Shown: in pieces, positions 11,424-19,213 of the stretch | Position numbering within the stretch: the first letter of the stretch is position 1 | How the letters are laid out: every line of letters begins with the position of its first letter | Position numbers and translations under genes: made by a program | The notes under the pieces: model-generated | What the model saw: only the letters and a program-made list of their open reading frames with translations | The model's database searches: none | Told to the model about the DNA's origin: nothing | Assembly: GCA_965226795.1 (NCBI GenBank) | Contig: CBDDDZ010000004.1 | Coordinates: 640,001 to 704,000, forward strand | Length of the DNA stretch: 64,000 nucleotides | DNA from: Candidatus Latescibacterota bacterium | Lineage (GTDB): Bacteria; Latescibacterota; UBA2968; GCA-2709665 | Direction of reading: 5' to 3'

Positions 11424-11452
11424 AATCTACGGTGCGCCCTCAAAAAAGTCAA
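11424..11452 (-). promoter_or_regulatory. Sigma70-type promoter for the S55 peptidase operon
   Basis: Minus strand TTGACT-N17-TAGATT, about 45 nt upstream of the ATG. Confidence 0.55.
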
Positions 11453-11469
11453 GCATTGCCACGTCCTAA

Positions 11470-11619
11470 TGTTCTGTCCCGGAAATAGATTGCCGAAATC
11501 AGGCCGACGAGTCGCCCGGCTCGCAAGGCACTTGAGCGAGGCGACCTGCGCAAGGTCGGAAACGCAGCGAGACGGGATGAATCGACGTAAAAACGGTGAT
11601 ATCTTTCCGGGACAGAACA
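11470..11619. mobile_element. MITE-like element, copy 1 (150 bp)
   Basis: Perfect 16-bp terminal inverted repeats TGTTCTGTCCCGGAAA / TTTCCGGGACAGAACA; interior is homologous to 32793-32954. Confidence 0.8.
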
Positions 11620-11734
11620 CCGGGTTCTTGCGGAACAATATCGGAACGATCTTAATTACGCAGATAAAATACCCGTTTTTGGAGCGTGGAACAAGCCTCT
11701 TGTGTAAATCTGATCTTACCCTTATCATAATTCC

Positions 11735-12205
11735 ATGCAGATCATGTTGCTGGCGGTTGGCAAATGCCGCAAACCTTACCTGCGAGAAGGAGTGTCGGAC
11801 TATATCAATCGCATCCGGAGATACGCCAGCCTGGAGCATATCGAACTGAGAGAGGAACGGACCCCCAGGAAGGGCGCCACGCCGAGTGGCCTTTGCAGAG
11901 AAGGCGAACGCATCCTCCGAAAACTGCCGGAAAACGCTTTCCTTGTTGCCCTGGATCCGACCGGAGACACCTGCAGTTCCGACGCCCTCGCCCGGCGTAT
12001 CCAGAGAATCGGTATTGAGGGCATGCGCCGAATCGTGTTTGTGGTTGGCGGCCCCTCCGGCCTTTCCTCCCCGGTTATCCGGCGTGCCGACTGGCGCCTT
12101 TCGCTTTCTTCCTTCACCTTTCCACACGAAATCGCCCGTCTGATTCTCCTTGAACAGATTTACAGGGCATTTACCATTATGCGCGGCGAACCGTATCACA
12201 GGTAG
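11735..12205 (+). CDS. rlmH: 23S rRNA (pseudouridine1915-N3)-methyltransferase
   Basis: AVGK start, FVVGGPSG, LSLSSFTFPHEIARLILLEQIYRA, GEPYH end. Confidence 0.96.
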   Translation: MQIMLLAVGKCRKPYLREGVSDYINRIRRYASLEHIELREERTPRKGATPSGLCREGERILRKLPENAFLVALDPTGDTCSSDALARRIQRIGIEGMRRIVFVVGGPSGLSSPVIRRADWRLSLSSFTFPHEIARLILLEQIYRAFTIMRGEPYHR

Positions 12206-12254
12206 TCGCCGCCACATACAGACCCTTTGCAACGCGGGAAGAATTCAGGCCGTA

Positions 12255-12517
12255 CATTTCCGGCAGTCTGCAGAAACAAAAAGCCCGGAAAACAGGTTCA
12301 TCCGACAGCCGTGGAGAGATGATTCCGCCACTGGAATCCGGCTGCCGCGAACGTCTCCTGTTTCCGGGCTTTTTAAATGCGGACTGAAATGCCTAAATAT
12401 ACAGTTTCGGGGGAATGGGAGAAATCCGAATCCGACAACCACGGTGAACGGCCGGAGGGGTATCGGCCCGAGGGGTGCCGGAAGAAGGGTTGTCTCAATC
12501 GCATGCCTTTCCAGAGC
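12255..12517 (-). ncRNA. Candidate structured RNA (or small-ORF transcript) convergent with rlmH
   Basis: Promoter immediately upstream; nested inverted repeats including a perfect 14-bp AAAAAGCCCGGAAA/TTTCCGGGCTTTTT stem and a GACAACC/GGTTGTC domain. Confidence 0.4.
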
Positions 12518-12523
12518 AATTGA

Positions 12524-12552
12524 AAGATAAGCCATTGTTTTTTTTTAGTCAA
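12524..12552 (-). promoter_or_regulatory. Sigma70-type promoter, leftward
   Basis: Minus strand TTGACT-N17-TATCTT in an AT-rich patch. Confidence 0.55.
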
Positions 12553-12922
12553 GGGTAAGTTTGTCCTAATATACTGTTTTACATTATCTTGTGGTCTCCA
12601 CGTCGTAACATACCTTAATATATGGATTTTTGCGCGGCGAACCCTCGAAAACCGCATATCGCGTCGCTGGCCGCGAAGGGATTCCCGGATTCGCCTGACA
12701 ACTTCGCCACTTCCCGCCATACCTTATTCTCTGACGATTTCGCAATATCGTCTCCGTTCAATATCGCCACTTCGAGCGAGGAAGGCGGACGTTGCAACCT
12801 CAGGCGTCGAGAGATACTTCTGGACAGGTTCCCTGTTCGGCGCTATCTTCGATGCTCGGTGAACGGAATCCGGTCCTTACATATCCAGCTCACAACCTCT
12901 TCTTCTTCGACGCGATTTCCCC

Positions 12923-14275
12923 ATGCCACATACCCTTACCATCACACAGGCAGCAGCGGAAATCCGGGCGGGCCGTCTTTCTCCCCTGGAGCTTCTACAC
13001 GCCTGTTTTTCACAGATCGACGCCCTCGACAGCCGCCTGCACGCATGGGTCATCGTCGACAGGGAAGGGGCCGAGAATCGCGCACGGCGTCTTCAGGAGG
13101 ATCTCGCCTGCGGCCGGTACCGCGGTCCCATGCACGGAATCCCGGTGGGGATTAAGGACATCATCAACACGAAAGGCTTGCCTACCGCCGCCGGAGCAAG
13201 ACACCTTTACAACATGGCACCGAAGGAAGACGCAACCGTGGTTGCCCGCTTGCTCCGCTCCGGGGCGATCATCCCCGGCAAAACGGTTACCACGCCCTTT
13301 GCATGTTTCGATCCGGCGGAAACCAGGAACCCCTGGAACCCTGATCATACCCCCGGCGGCTCCAGCAGCGGATCCGCCGCCGCGGTCGCGGCGCGTATGT
13401 GTCCCGCCGCCTTGGGGTCCCAGACCGGCGGCTCCATCAGTCGTCCCGCCGCGTACTGCGGCCTCGTGGGTCTCAAACCCACCTTTGGCCGGATCAGCGT
13501 TTATGGGATCCTGCCCGTCAGTTATGAACTGGACCATCCGGGTCCGTTCACACGGTCAGTCGCCGATGCAGCCGTCATCCTGGAGAGCCTGGCCGGGAAA
13601 GATCCGCTGGATCCGCTCAGCACCGACGTTCCTGTTGGGAAATATCGCATCAACCCGTTGACGCGTCCGCCCCGAATCGGCATTATCCGTACATACTTCC
13701 CTGAAAACGCCGACGAAACCATGCGTGCAGCGACCCACTTTGCAACAAGCCGTCTCGACTCCGCCGGCGCCGAATTCACCGACGTGCACATGCCCGGATC
13801 CTTTGCGGAATTGCACGAGAACCACGCCCTTCTGCTTGCCGTCGGCGCGGCAAGCGTTCACCGGGAACGATATGACGCGCACCGCGACCGCTTTCCGCCC
13901 GGCCTCAGCGAAATAATCGAAAGGGGTCGCGCCGCCAGCGCCGTCACCTACGCCGATGCACGACGCCACCAGATTGCATTCAAATCGGAGGTTCTCGCTG
14001 CTTTCAAGGGCGTGGACCTGCTCCTCACCCCCGCAACGCCCACACCGGCTCCGTCAGGCCTGACATCCACCGGCAACCCTGCCTTCAACAGCCCCTGGAG
14101 CTACGCCGGCCTTCCCACGATCGTCCTGCCGGCCACGTGTACCCCCGGCGGACTGCCCGCCGGAATCCAGCTGGTTGCCCGCCCCTTCGCCGAAGCCCGC
14201 CTGCTCTCTATCTCCGCCTGGTGCGAAACCCACCTCGAGTGGACCCGCACTCCATCGAATCTATCTGGCAATTAG
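12923..14275 (+). CDS. Amidase signature family protein
   Basis: GIPVGIKD, PGGSSSGSAAAV, GSQTGGSISRPA (Ser-cisSer-Lys triad). Confidence 0.93.
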   Translation: MPHTLTITQAAAEIRAGRLSPLELLHACFSQIDALDSRLHAWVIVDREGAENRARRLQEDLACGRYRGPMHGIPVGIKDIINTKGLPTAAGARHLYNMAPKEDATVVARLLRSGAIIPGKTVTTPFACFDPAETRNPWNPDHTPGGSSSGSAAAVAARMCPAALGSQTGGSISRPAAYCGLVGLKPTFGRISVYGILPVSYELDHPGPFTRSVADAAVILESLAGKDPLDPLSTDVPVGKYRINPLTRPPRIGIIRTYFPENADETMRAATHFATSRLDSAGAEFTDVHMPGSFAELHENHALLLAVGAASVHRERYDAHRDRFPPGLSEIIERGRAASAVTYADARRHQIAFKSEVLAAFKGVDLLLTPATPTPAPSGLTSTGNPAFNSPWSYAGLPTIVLPATCTPGGLPAGIQLVARPFAEARLLSISAWCETHLEWTRTPSNLSGN

Positions 14276-14279
14276 CACC

Positions 14280-15497
14280 ATGTATCCGCACCGGGCCCTC
14301 AGGCATCTCACGTGTTTGACGCTCCTTTTCCATTTTTCCGGCATCGTCCATGCTTCCCGCGTGCATGTCCCAAGGCAGCATGCCGTCCGCCAGGGAATCG
14401 ACCATGTGCTTAACGAACGGTTTGACCTCTCGCATGCCATATTCGATTCCCTTGTCGCCGTCGAACCCGACCGGCCCGAAGGTTTTCTGGGTAAAGCCCT
14501 TACTTACTGGAACGAAAGTGTGCTTCTGGCAGACGGCGAACGGTTTGCCGACCGCGTCGACCACCTGACCGGACGCGCCATCAAGTCTGCCGAGCAGGCG
14601 CTCAAGACCGACAATGACAACGCGGAGATGGTCTTCCTTCTCGGAAAGGCCTATGGCCTGCGCGCGGGCATGGCGCTCATCCACGGCAGCCCCGTAGACG
14701 GCGTACTCCACGGCTTGAAGTGCCGCGACTACCTCAAGGAAGCCATCCGCCTGGATCCGAACCTGGCGGACGCCTATTTCGGACTGGGCCTCGCAGACTA
14801 CGTCGCCGCCCGCCAGCCGCGTTTCCTCAGGATGGTGAGCCGGCTCCTATCGCTACCCGACGGCAATCGGAAACGCGGCCTCGCACGCCTGCAGCGGGTT
14901 GCCCGGGAAGGCATCTACACCCAGCGGCACGCCGTCTCCAGCCGTGCCTACATCGCCCTCTACTACGAGAAGGACTACGAAGACGCCCGCCGTCGTTTTG
15001 CGGACCTGCACCGACGCTACCCCCACAGCCTGGACTACCGTATCCGTTACCTGGACGCGCTCTTCGGGCTCACCATTCGAGGCAGGCAGGATCAACGCCA
15101 GGCTCTGATCGACTCCGCGAGATCGATCCATCGCCTGGCAAGAGAGCGCAACTGGGACCTGAACCGCTGGTCGCGCACCAAACTGGACTTTATTGAAGGC
15201 TTTGGCCACTATCTTACCGGCAACGTGGATGCAACAAAAAAACATCTGGAAATCTACATACGGGATGCCTCCAGAAAAAGCTGGCTGCTCGGCCCCGCAC
15301 ATCTCATTCTGGGCAAACTGGCCGACCTGCGAAACGACCGGAAAATCGCAATCCGCCATTACCGCCGCGCACGAAAACATGAAGACGTATGGGGCGTCCA
15401 CGACGAAGCCGACACCTATCTTCGGCAACCGTTCGTCGGAGATGAGCCCGTCAGGCGTCCGCCGGACACGGTACGGCGTTATCCTGAAAAACCTTGA
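14280..15497 (+). CDS. Exported tetratricopeptide repeat protein
   Basis: Signal-like N-terminus; TPR-like segments such as AIRLDPNLADAYFGLG. Confidence 0.75.
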   Translation: MYPHRALRHLTCLTLLFHFSGIVHASRVHVPRQHAVRQGIDHVLNERFDLSHAIFDSLVAVEPDRPEGFLGKALTYWNESVLLADGERFADRVDHLTGRAIKSAEQALKTDNDNAEMVFLLGKAYGLRAGMALIHGSPVDGVLHGLKCRDYLKEAIRLDPNLADAYFGLGLADYVAARQPRFLRMVSRLLSLPDGNRKRGLARLQRVAREGIYTQRHAVSSRAYIALYYEKDYEDARRRFADLHRRYPHSLDYRIRYLDALFGLTIRGRQDQRQALIDSARSIHRLARERNWDLNRWSRTKLDFIEGFGHYLTGNVDATKKHLEIYIRDASRKSWLLGPAHLILGKLADLRNDRKIAIRHYRRARKHEDVWGVHDEADTYLRQPFVGDEPVRRPPDTVRRYPEKP

Positions 15498-15526
15498 ATC
15501 TTGCTAAATCTGAAAAACTCCGGCAT

Positions 15527-15640
15527 CGTCCCACAAAGCTCCATACTTCTCCGGCCAAAACGACACGAGAGCAGTGCGTTCCCTTTCTCCCGCAAGGGTT
15601 CCCTGAAACTGCCACGAGATCGATCAATTCTTGTGGGACG
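15527..15640. repeat. Degenerate element bounded by inverted repeats
   Basis: CGTCCCACAA ... TTGTGGGACG ends, resembling the GTCCC/GGGAC core of the MITE termini. Confidence 0.35.
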
Positions 15641-15795
15641 GCCTTGACCACCCTCCCGGAATACGCGTTATTGTATCGGATGGATTGCAGTAAAACCTCT
15701 CAGACGGGACGATCAGCGGAAGAAAGGCTTGAAAAACCCCCCAGCCGTGTTCCCTATTGTGAACATGCCGGAATCTCTTCTCCCAGGGACAGGTT

Positions 15796-16602
15796 ATGGC
15801 GTTCGCGTCCTTATACTCCCTGCGCCATCGAAGGCTCGAGTTTTTCCGGGAGCGTATCCACTACCCCGCGCCTTCGTCAACACCGTGGATCGGGGCCAAC
15901 GTAGTCCGCATTAAAAGCCCGGACGTAGACCTGAAGCGCCACTATCTGAAGACCTTTGGCGTTTCCTTTGTCCTCTCCTCAATACTCCTCGCCGTTCTGT
16001 GCCTCATCTTTCCGAGATATGAATTTCTTAGCAATTCATCCTACCCCGCACCGGTTATCTTCACACTCGAAGACATCCCCGAAACCTTTCAGGCGCCAAG
16101 ACCTGAAACCGAAGAAATGATCCTGGGCTCGGACGACCCGGATGGCGTGGCGGTCGTCGACACCCTCGAAGAAGAGGAATCGGACATCGACTTTCTCGCC
16201 AACCTCCATATCGATGACACGCTTGGAGATATGGATCGGACGCTTGACGAGGAAGCTGTAGATTTCTGGGCCGTCTCAAAAGAACCCGTACTGGTGCGCG
16301 AGGTTCTGCCCGTCTACCCCAAAATCGCCCACGAGTCCGGCCTCGAAGGGGTTGTCTTCGTCAAATTCGCCGTTGGTTCGGACGGACTGGTCAAAGAGAC
16401 CTCCGTTCAGAAAGGCCCCCGGATTTTTCACGCGTCCGCCCTGGAAGCCGTCAACCGGTTTGTCTTCAGGCCGGCCCTTCAAAACGACAAGCCAGTCTCG
16501 GTCTGGATGACGCTTCCCATACGTTTTCGCATTGTGGACAATTTGCTTGAAGCACGACCCGTTCAACATGTCCAAAAGCTGCCGGCCCCCCTATCGCCAT
16601 AG
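15796..16602 (+). CDS. Energy transducer TonB paralog (start uncertain)
   Basis: N-terminal TM segment, acidic linker, TonB C-terminal domain (PVYPKIAHESGLEGVVFVKFAVGSDG...PALQNDKPVSVW). Confidence 0.85.
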   Translation: MAFASLYSLRHRRLEFFRERIHYPAPSSTPWIGANVVRIKSPDVDLKRHYLKTFGVSFVLSSILLAVLCLIFPRYEFLSNSSYPAPVIFTLEDIPETFQAPRPETEEMILGSDDPDGVAVVDTLEEEESDIDFLANLHIDDTLGDMDRTLDEEAVDFWAVSKEPVLVREVLPVYPKIAHESGLEGVVFVKFAVGSDGLVKETSVQKGPRIFHASALEAVNRFVFRPALQNDKPVSVWMTLPIRFRIVDNLLEARPVQHVQKLPAPLSP

Positions 16603-16615
16603 AGGCAGCCTTTCC

Positions 16616-17620
16616 TCAATTTCCCCGATCGCGATCAACCGCTCCTCCTGAATAAATCACTTCCTTTAAACGACCCTGTTCGTCCAGCCGAACCCGCAAG
16701 GTAAATGCTCGCCTTTTCAGAAATTCCGGATTGTGATCCAGCGCCATCCGCAAGGCAAGCGACCCCAGCCAACCCAGGCCGTCGGCCCGTATCCCAAACC
16801 GCAAATCGTGGATCAAAAACGCGCGACCGCTTTCACCGGACTCCGCCACCACCGGGAAACGCGCGAACCAGCGATAAATCTGCCCGACCCTACGTTCCCA
16901 CAGGCGTTCCAGACGGGGCTCGTCAAGCGCCGAACGGTACGTTTTCGGCGTCCCGGCTACTCCTGAAAACATTGACACGGGCACCTCGTACCATTCTCCC
17001 TCACCGAATGCGATTCCCCGCCGGTGCAGAGGTGAAAAAGGCACTGGAACGGCCGCTACGGCCGTCAGGCCCCTTTCGGTTGCCCAGCGGTCCATGTAAA
17101 GGAAGGCGATAGCCGAAACGGCGATATTGAGTGCCATATAGGCGGCAAGCGCCGCTGCACCCATGCGGTACCCCCTTTCTCCCCATCCCTTCCACCCGAG
17201 AACCAGCCCGCCGATCAGAATCAGATCCAGGTACGGGTCGATAATGAACAGCACGTCAAACAACGCCCGGTACCTGGAAAATGGCATAAAGATCATGGTC
17301 CCATAGGAGGTAACCAGGTCGAACAGAATATGCAGCGACAGACCGGAAAGGGCGACAGCATACAGCTTGAGAAACGGAACTTCCTTGAGTATGAATCGCC
17401 GGACAACCCACGCGAGGGCGAGGGCGCCGATTGCAGCACCGAAAAACGAATGTGTCATCCCCCGGTGCGTCTGCAGGCTGTCGAGCGCGTCGCTGGACAG
17501 GAACACATCCACATCGGGCAATACACTGGTGAGGGTAACCAGATTCACGAACCCCCGGTTCTGCGGCCATACGGATCGCGCAACCAGACGGCCAACCAGG
17601 CCGTGCGTCGGGGTGTCCAT
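16616..17620 (-). CDS. Membrane-bound metal-dependent hydrolase (YbcI/DUF457-like)
   Basis: MDTPTH, LPDVD, HRGMTHS, HILFDLVTSYGT, FIIDP. Confidence 0.88.
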   Translation of the reverse strand: MDTPTHGLVGRLVARSVWPQNRGFVNLVTLTSVLPDVDVFLSSDALDSLQTHRGMTHSFFGAAIGALALAWVVRRFILKEVPFLKLYAVALSGLSLHILFDLVTSYGTMIFMPFSRYRALFDVLFIIDPYLDLILIGGLVLGWKGWGERGYRMGAAALAAYMALNIAVSAIAFLYMDRWATERGLTAVAAVPVPFSPLHRRGIAFGEGEWYEVPVSMFSGVAGTPKTYRSALDEPRLERLWERRVGQIYRWFARFPVVAESGESGRAFLIHDLRFGIRADGLGWLGSLALRMALDHNPEFLKRRAFTLRVRLDEQGRLKEVIYSGGAVDRDRGN

Positions 17621-17809
17621 CCTGTCTGCCTCTGCTTCGGAAATGAATGAAACGGCAATCGGCGGCGGCGTTCTCTCGATTCAAACCCCACCCGTCAGGC
17701 ATCACTACCAGCGATCATTTGTCGCCGGAACACTGCGTCTGCCCTTGAACCGCCGGACCCACAGAATATACCCAATGCCCCGGCTGAATCAACCCCGCAC
17801 AAACGCCAC

Positions 17810-17839
17810 TTGACAGCGTGCGTCCTGCCGATGTAACAT
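17810..17839 (+). promoter_or_regulatory. Sigma70-type promoter for the SDR gene
   Basis: TTGACA-N18-TAACAT. Confidence 0.45.
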
Positions 17840-17848
17840 AGGAACAGG

Positions 17849-17866
17849 TTTCCGGGACAGGACGCT
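17849..17866. repeat. Solo right-end fragment of the MITE family
   Basis: TTTCCGGGACAGGACGCT closely matches TTTCCGGGACAGAACAC. Confidence 0.45.
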
Positions 17867-17913
17867 AATTTCCCCTTCCTCACAGATGAAGGGCTGCTGG
17901 GAGGCTGAATGCA

Positions 17914-18645
17914 ATGTCAAAACTCGAAGGTAAGGTCGCGCTGGTAACCGGCGGAAATCAGGGCATCGGAAAGGGAATAGCGCGGGCGCTGGCGAAAGAA
18001 GGCGCGGATCTGGTGTTGACCGCCAGAACGGTCGAGAAGCTGGAATCGGCGGCGGAAGAGATCAGGTCGGAGGGCGTGGAGGCGCTGGTCGCTCCCGCGG
18101 ACGTCACCGACGAATCGCAGGTGGAGGCTGTATTCACTCGAACGATGGAGCGGTTCGGGAGGGTGGATATTCTGGTCAACAACGCAGCGGCCTTTGACGG
18201 GGGACCCATCGACGAACTTTCCGCATCCGCCTGGGATTGGGCGATGGCGGTAAATCTGCGGGGACCCTTTCTGTGCACGCGGGCGGCGTTTCGCATTATG
18301 AAAAAACAGGGCGGGGGCCGGATAATCAATATAGGCAGCATTTCCGCTCAGCGGGTTCGTCCGAATTCCGCTCCGTACAGCACGAGCAAATTCGGCATCA
18401 CGGGCCTGACGCATGCCACGGCGCTGGACGGCCGGGACTACGGGATTGTCTGCTCCTGTCTGCACCCCGGCAATACCCAGGTGGAACGTCGCCAGGAATC
18501 CGTCGCGCCCACGGACGATGAACCGATGATGACGGTGGATGAATTGGCGCAGGCCGCGGTGACAATGGCCACGCTGCCGCTTCACGTCAACATGCTGGAG
18601 GCAATCGTTTTGCCCGTAGGGCAGTTGTACGTTGGAAGAGGATGA
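17914..18645 (+). CDS. Short-chain dehydrogenase/reductase
   Basis: TGGNQGIG, NNAA, NIGS, YSTSK; GGAGG RBS. Confidence 0.95.
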   Translation: MSKLEGKVALVTGGNQGIGKGIARALAKEGADLVLTARTVEKLESAAEEIRSEGVEALVAPADVTDESQVEAVFTRTMERFGRVDILVNNAAAFDGGPIDELSASAWDWAMAVNLRGPFLCTRAAFRIMKKQGGGRIINIGSISAQRVRPNSAPYSTSKFGITGLTHATALDGRDYGIVCSCLHPGNTQVERRQESVAPTDDEPMMTVDELAQAAVTMATLPLHVNMLEAIVLPVGQLYVGRG

Positions 18646-18796
18646 ATAGATACCGGTATGTTTCAAGAACCACCCGGACCCGAAACCCGGTGCCCGCCAC
18701 AGGAAATCACTGGATGGGGACACGGCTGAATCGGGACGGGATTCCAGGACCGTGATGGATCGGGACGGCTCGGTTCTTTCAAATCGAGGAATTTTC

Positions 18797-18825
18797 TTGA
18801 CACTCGTGATATGATTGTTTAATGT
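18797..18825 (+). promoter_or_regulatory. Sigma70-type promoter of the trp/aro operon leader
   Basis: TTGACA-N17-TAATGT. Confidence 0.6.
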
Positions 18826-18910
18826 TAGACCGTTCCTGTCGGCGTGGTCGTTCGGCGTAAGCAGGCGTCGGTGCGAGGCTGGCAGGAACCTGGATCATGG
18901 AGGATCGAAC

Positions 18911-19018
18911 GTGACGGATCATGGTCGGAACGGATTTCCCTGGCGTGGATATTTTTATCGCTCCTACCGGTGGTATTACCGGGAGGTCGCGGAACGTCAT
19001 GTCTGCCCACGAGAGTAA
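18911..19018 (+). CDS. Aromatic-rich leader peptide, 35 aa (MTDHGRNGFPWRGYFYRSYRWYYREVAERHVCPRE)
   Basis: GGAGG at 18899-18903, 7 nt before GTG; 2 Phe, 2 Trp and 5 Tyr in codons 9-23; followed by antiterminator/terminator; upstream of trpE. Confidence 0.85.
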   Translation: MTDHGRNGFPWRGYFYRSYRWYYREVAERHVCPRE

Positions 19019-19043
19019 ACCGTTGACAGAGTCGGGAAATGAG

Positions 19044-19072
19044 CCGTGGGCATCTGCTCACGGTTTTTTTTT
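19044..19072 (+). terminator. Attenuator intrinsic terminator
   Basis: CCGTGGGC-atct-GCTCACGG hairpin plus T9; its 5' arm CGTGGGCA can instead pair with TGCCCACG (19004-19011). Confidence 0.88.
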
Positions 19073-19213
19073 GATCCGGTCGAAACATAAGGCCGGTGCT
19101 GGGACAAAGCGCCAGTCCCGGCCGGCCGGCTACGGATGTATAACAATCGCTCGTCCGGCACAAAGGGACGCGGATGTCTGATTCGCGACTTCTGATATAT
19201 CTTTGGAAGCCAG

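Noticed and set aside
12180..12210. rlmH 3' end as an integration site (as for staphylococcal SCC elements)
   Set aside because: No recombinase and no duplicated copy of the rlmH 3' end were seen.
11381..12232. N-terminal extension making the S55 ORF 885 aa
   Set aside because: It overlaps rlmH antisense and the MITE; the signal peptide and promoter point to a start at 11380.
12270..12300. AAAAGCCCGG resembling the 3' end of ykkC-type riboswitches
   Set aside because: The upstream CUAGGGUUCC motif is absent and the sequence is one arm of an inverted repeat.
18705..18775. Short imperfect repeats (GGATCGGGACGG-like) after the SDR gene
   Set aside because: Irregular spacing, few copies and no cas genes; not a CRISPR array.
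18830..19213. T-box riboswitch upstream of trpE/tyrS
   Set aside because: No TGGNACC T-box bulge or Stem I motifs seen; the leader peptide explains the region.
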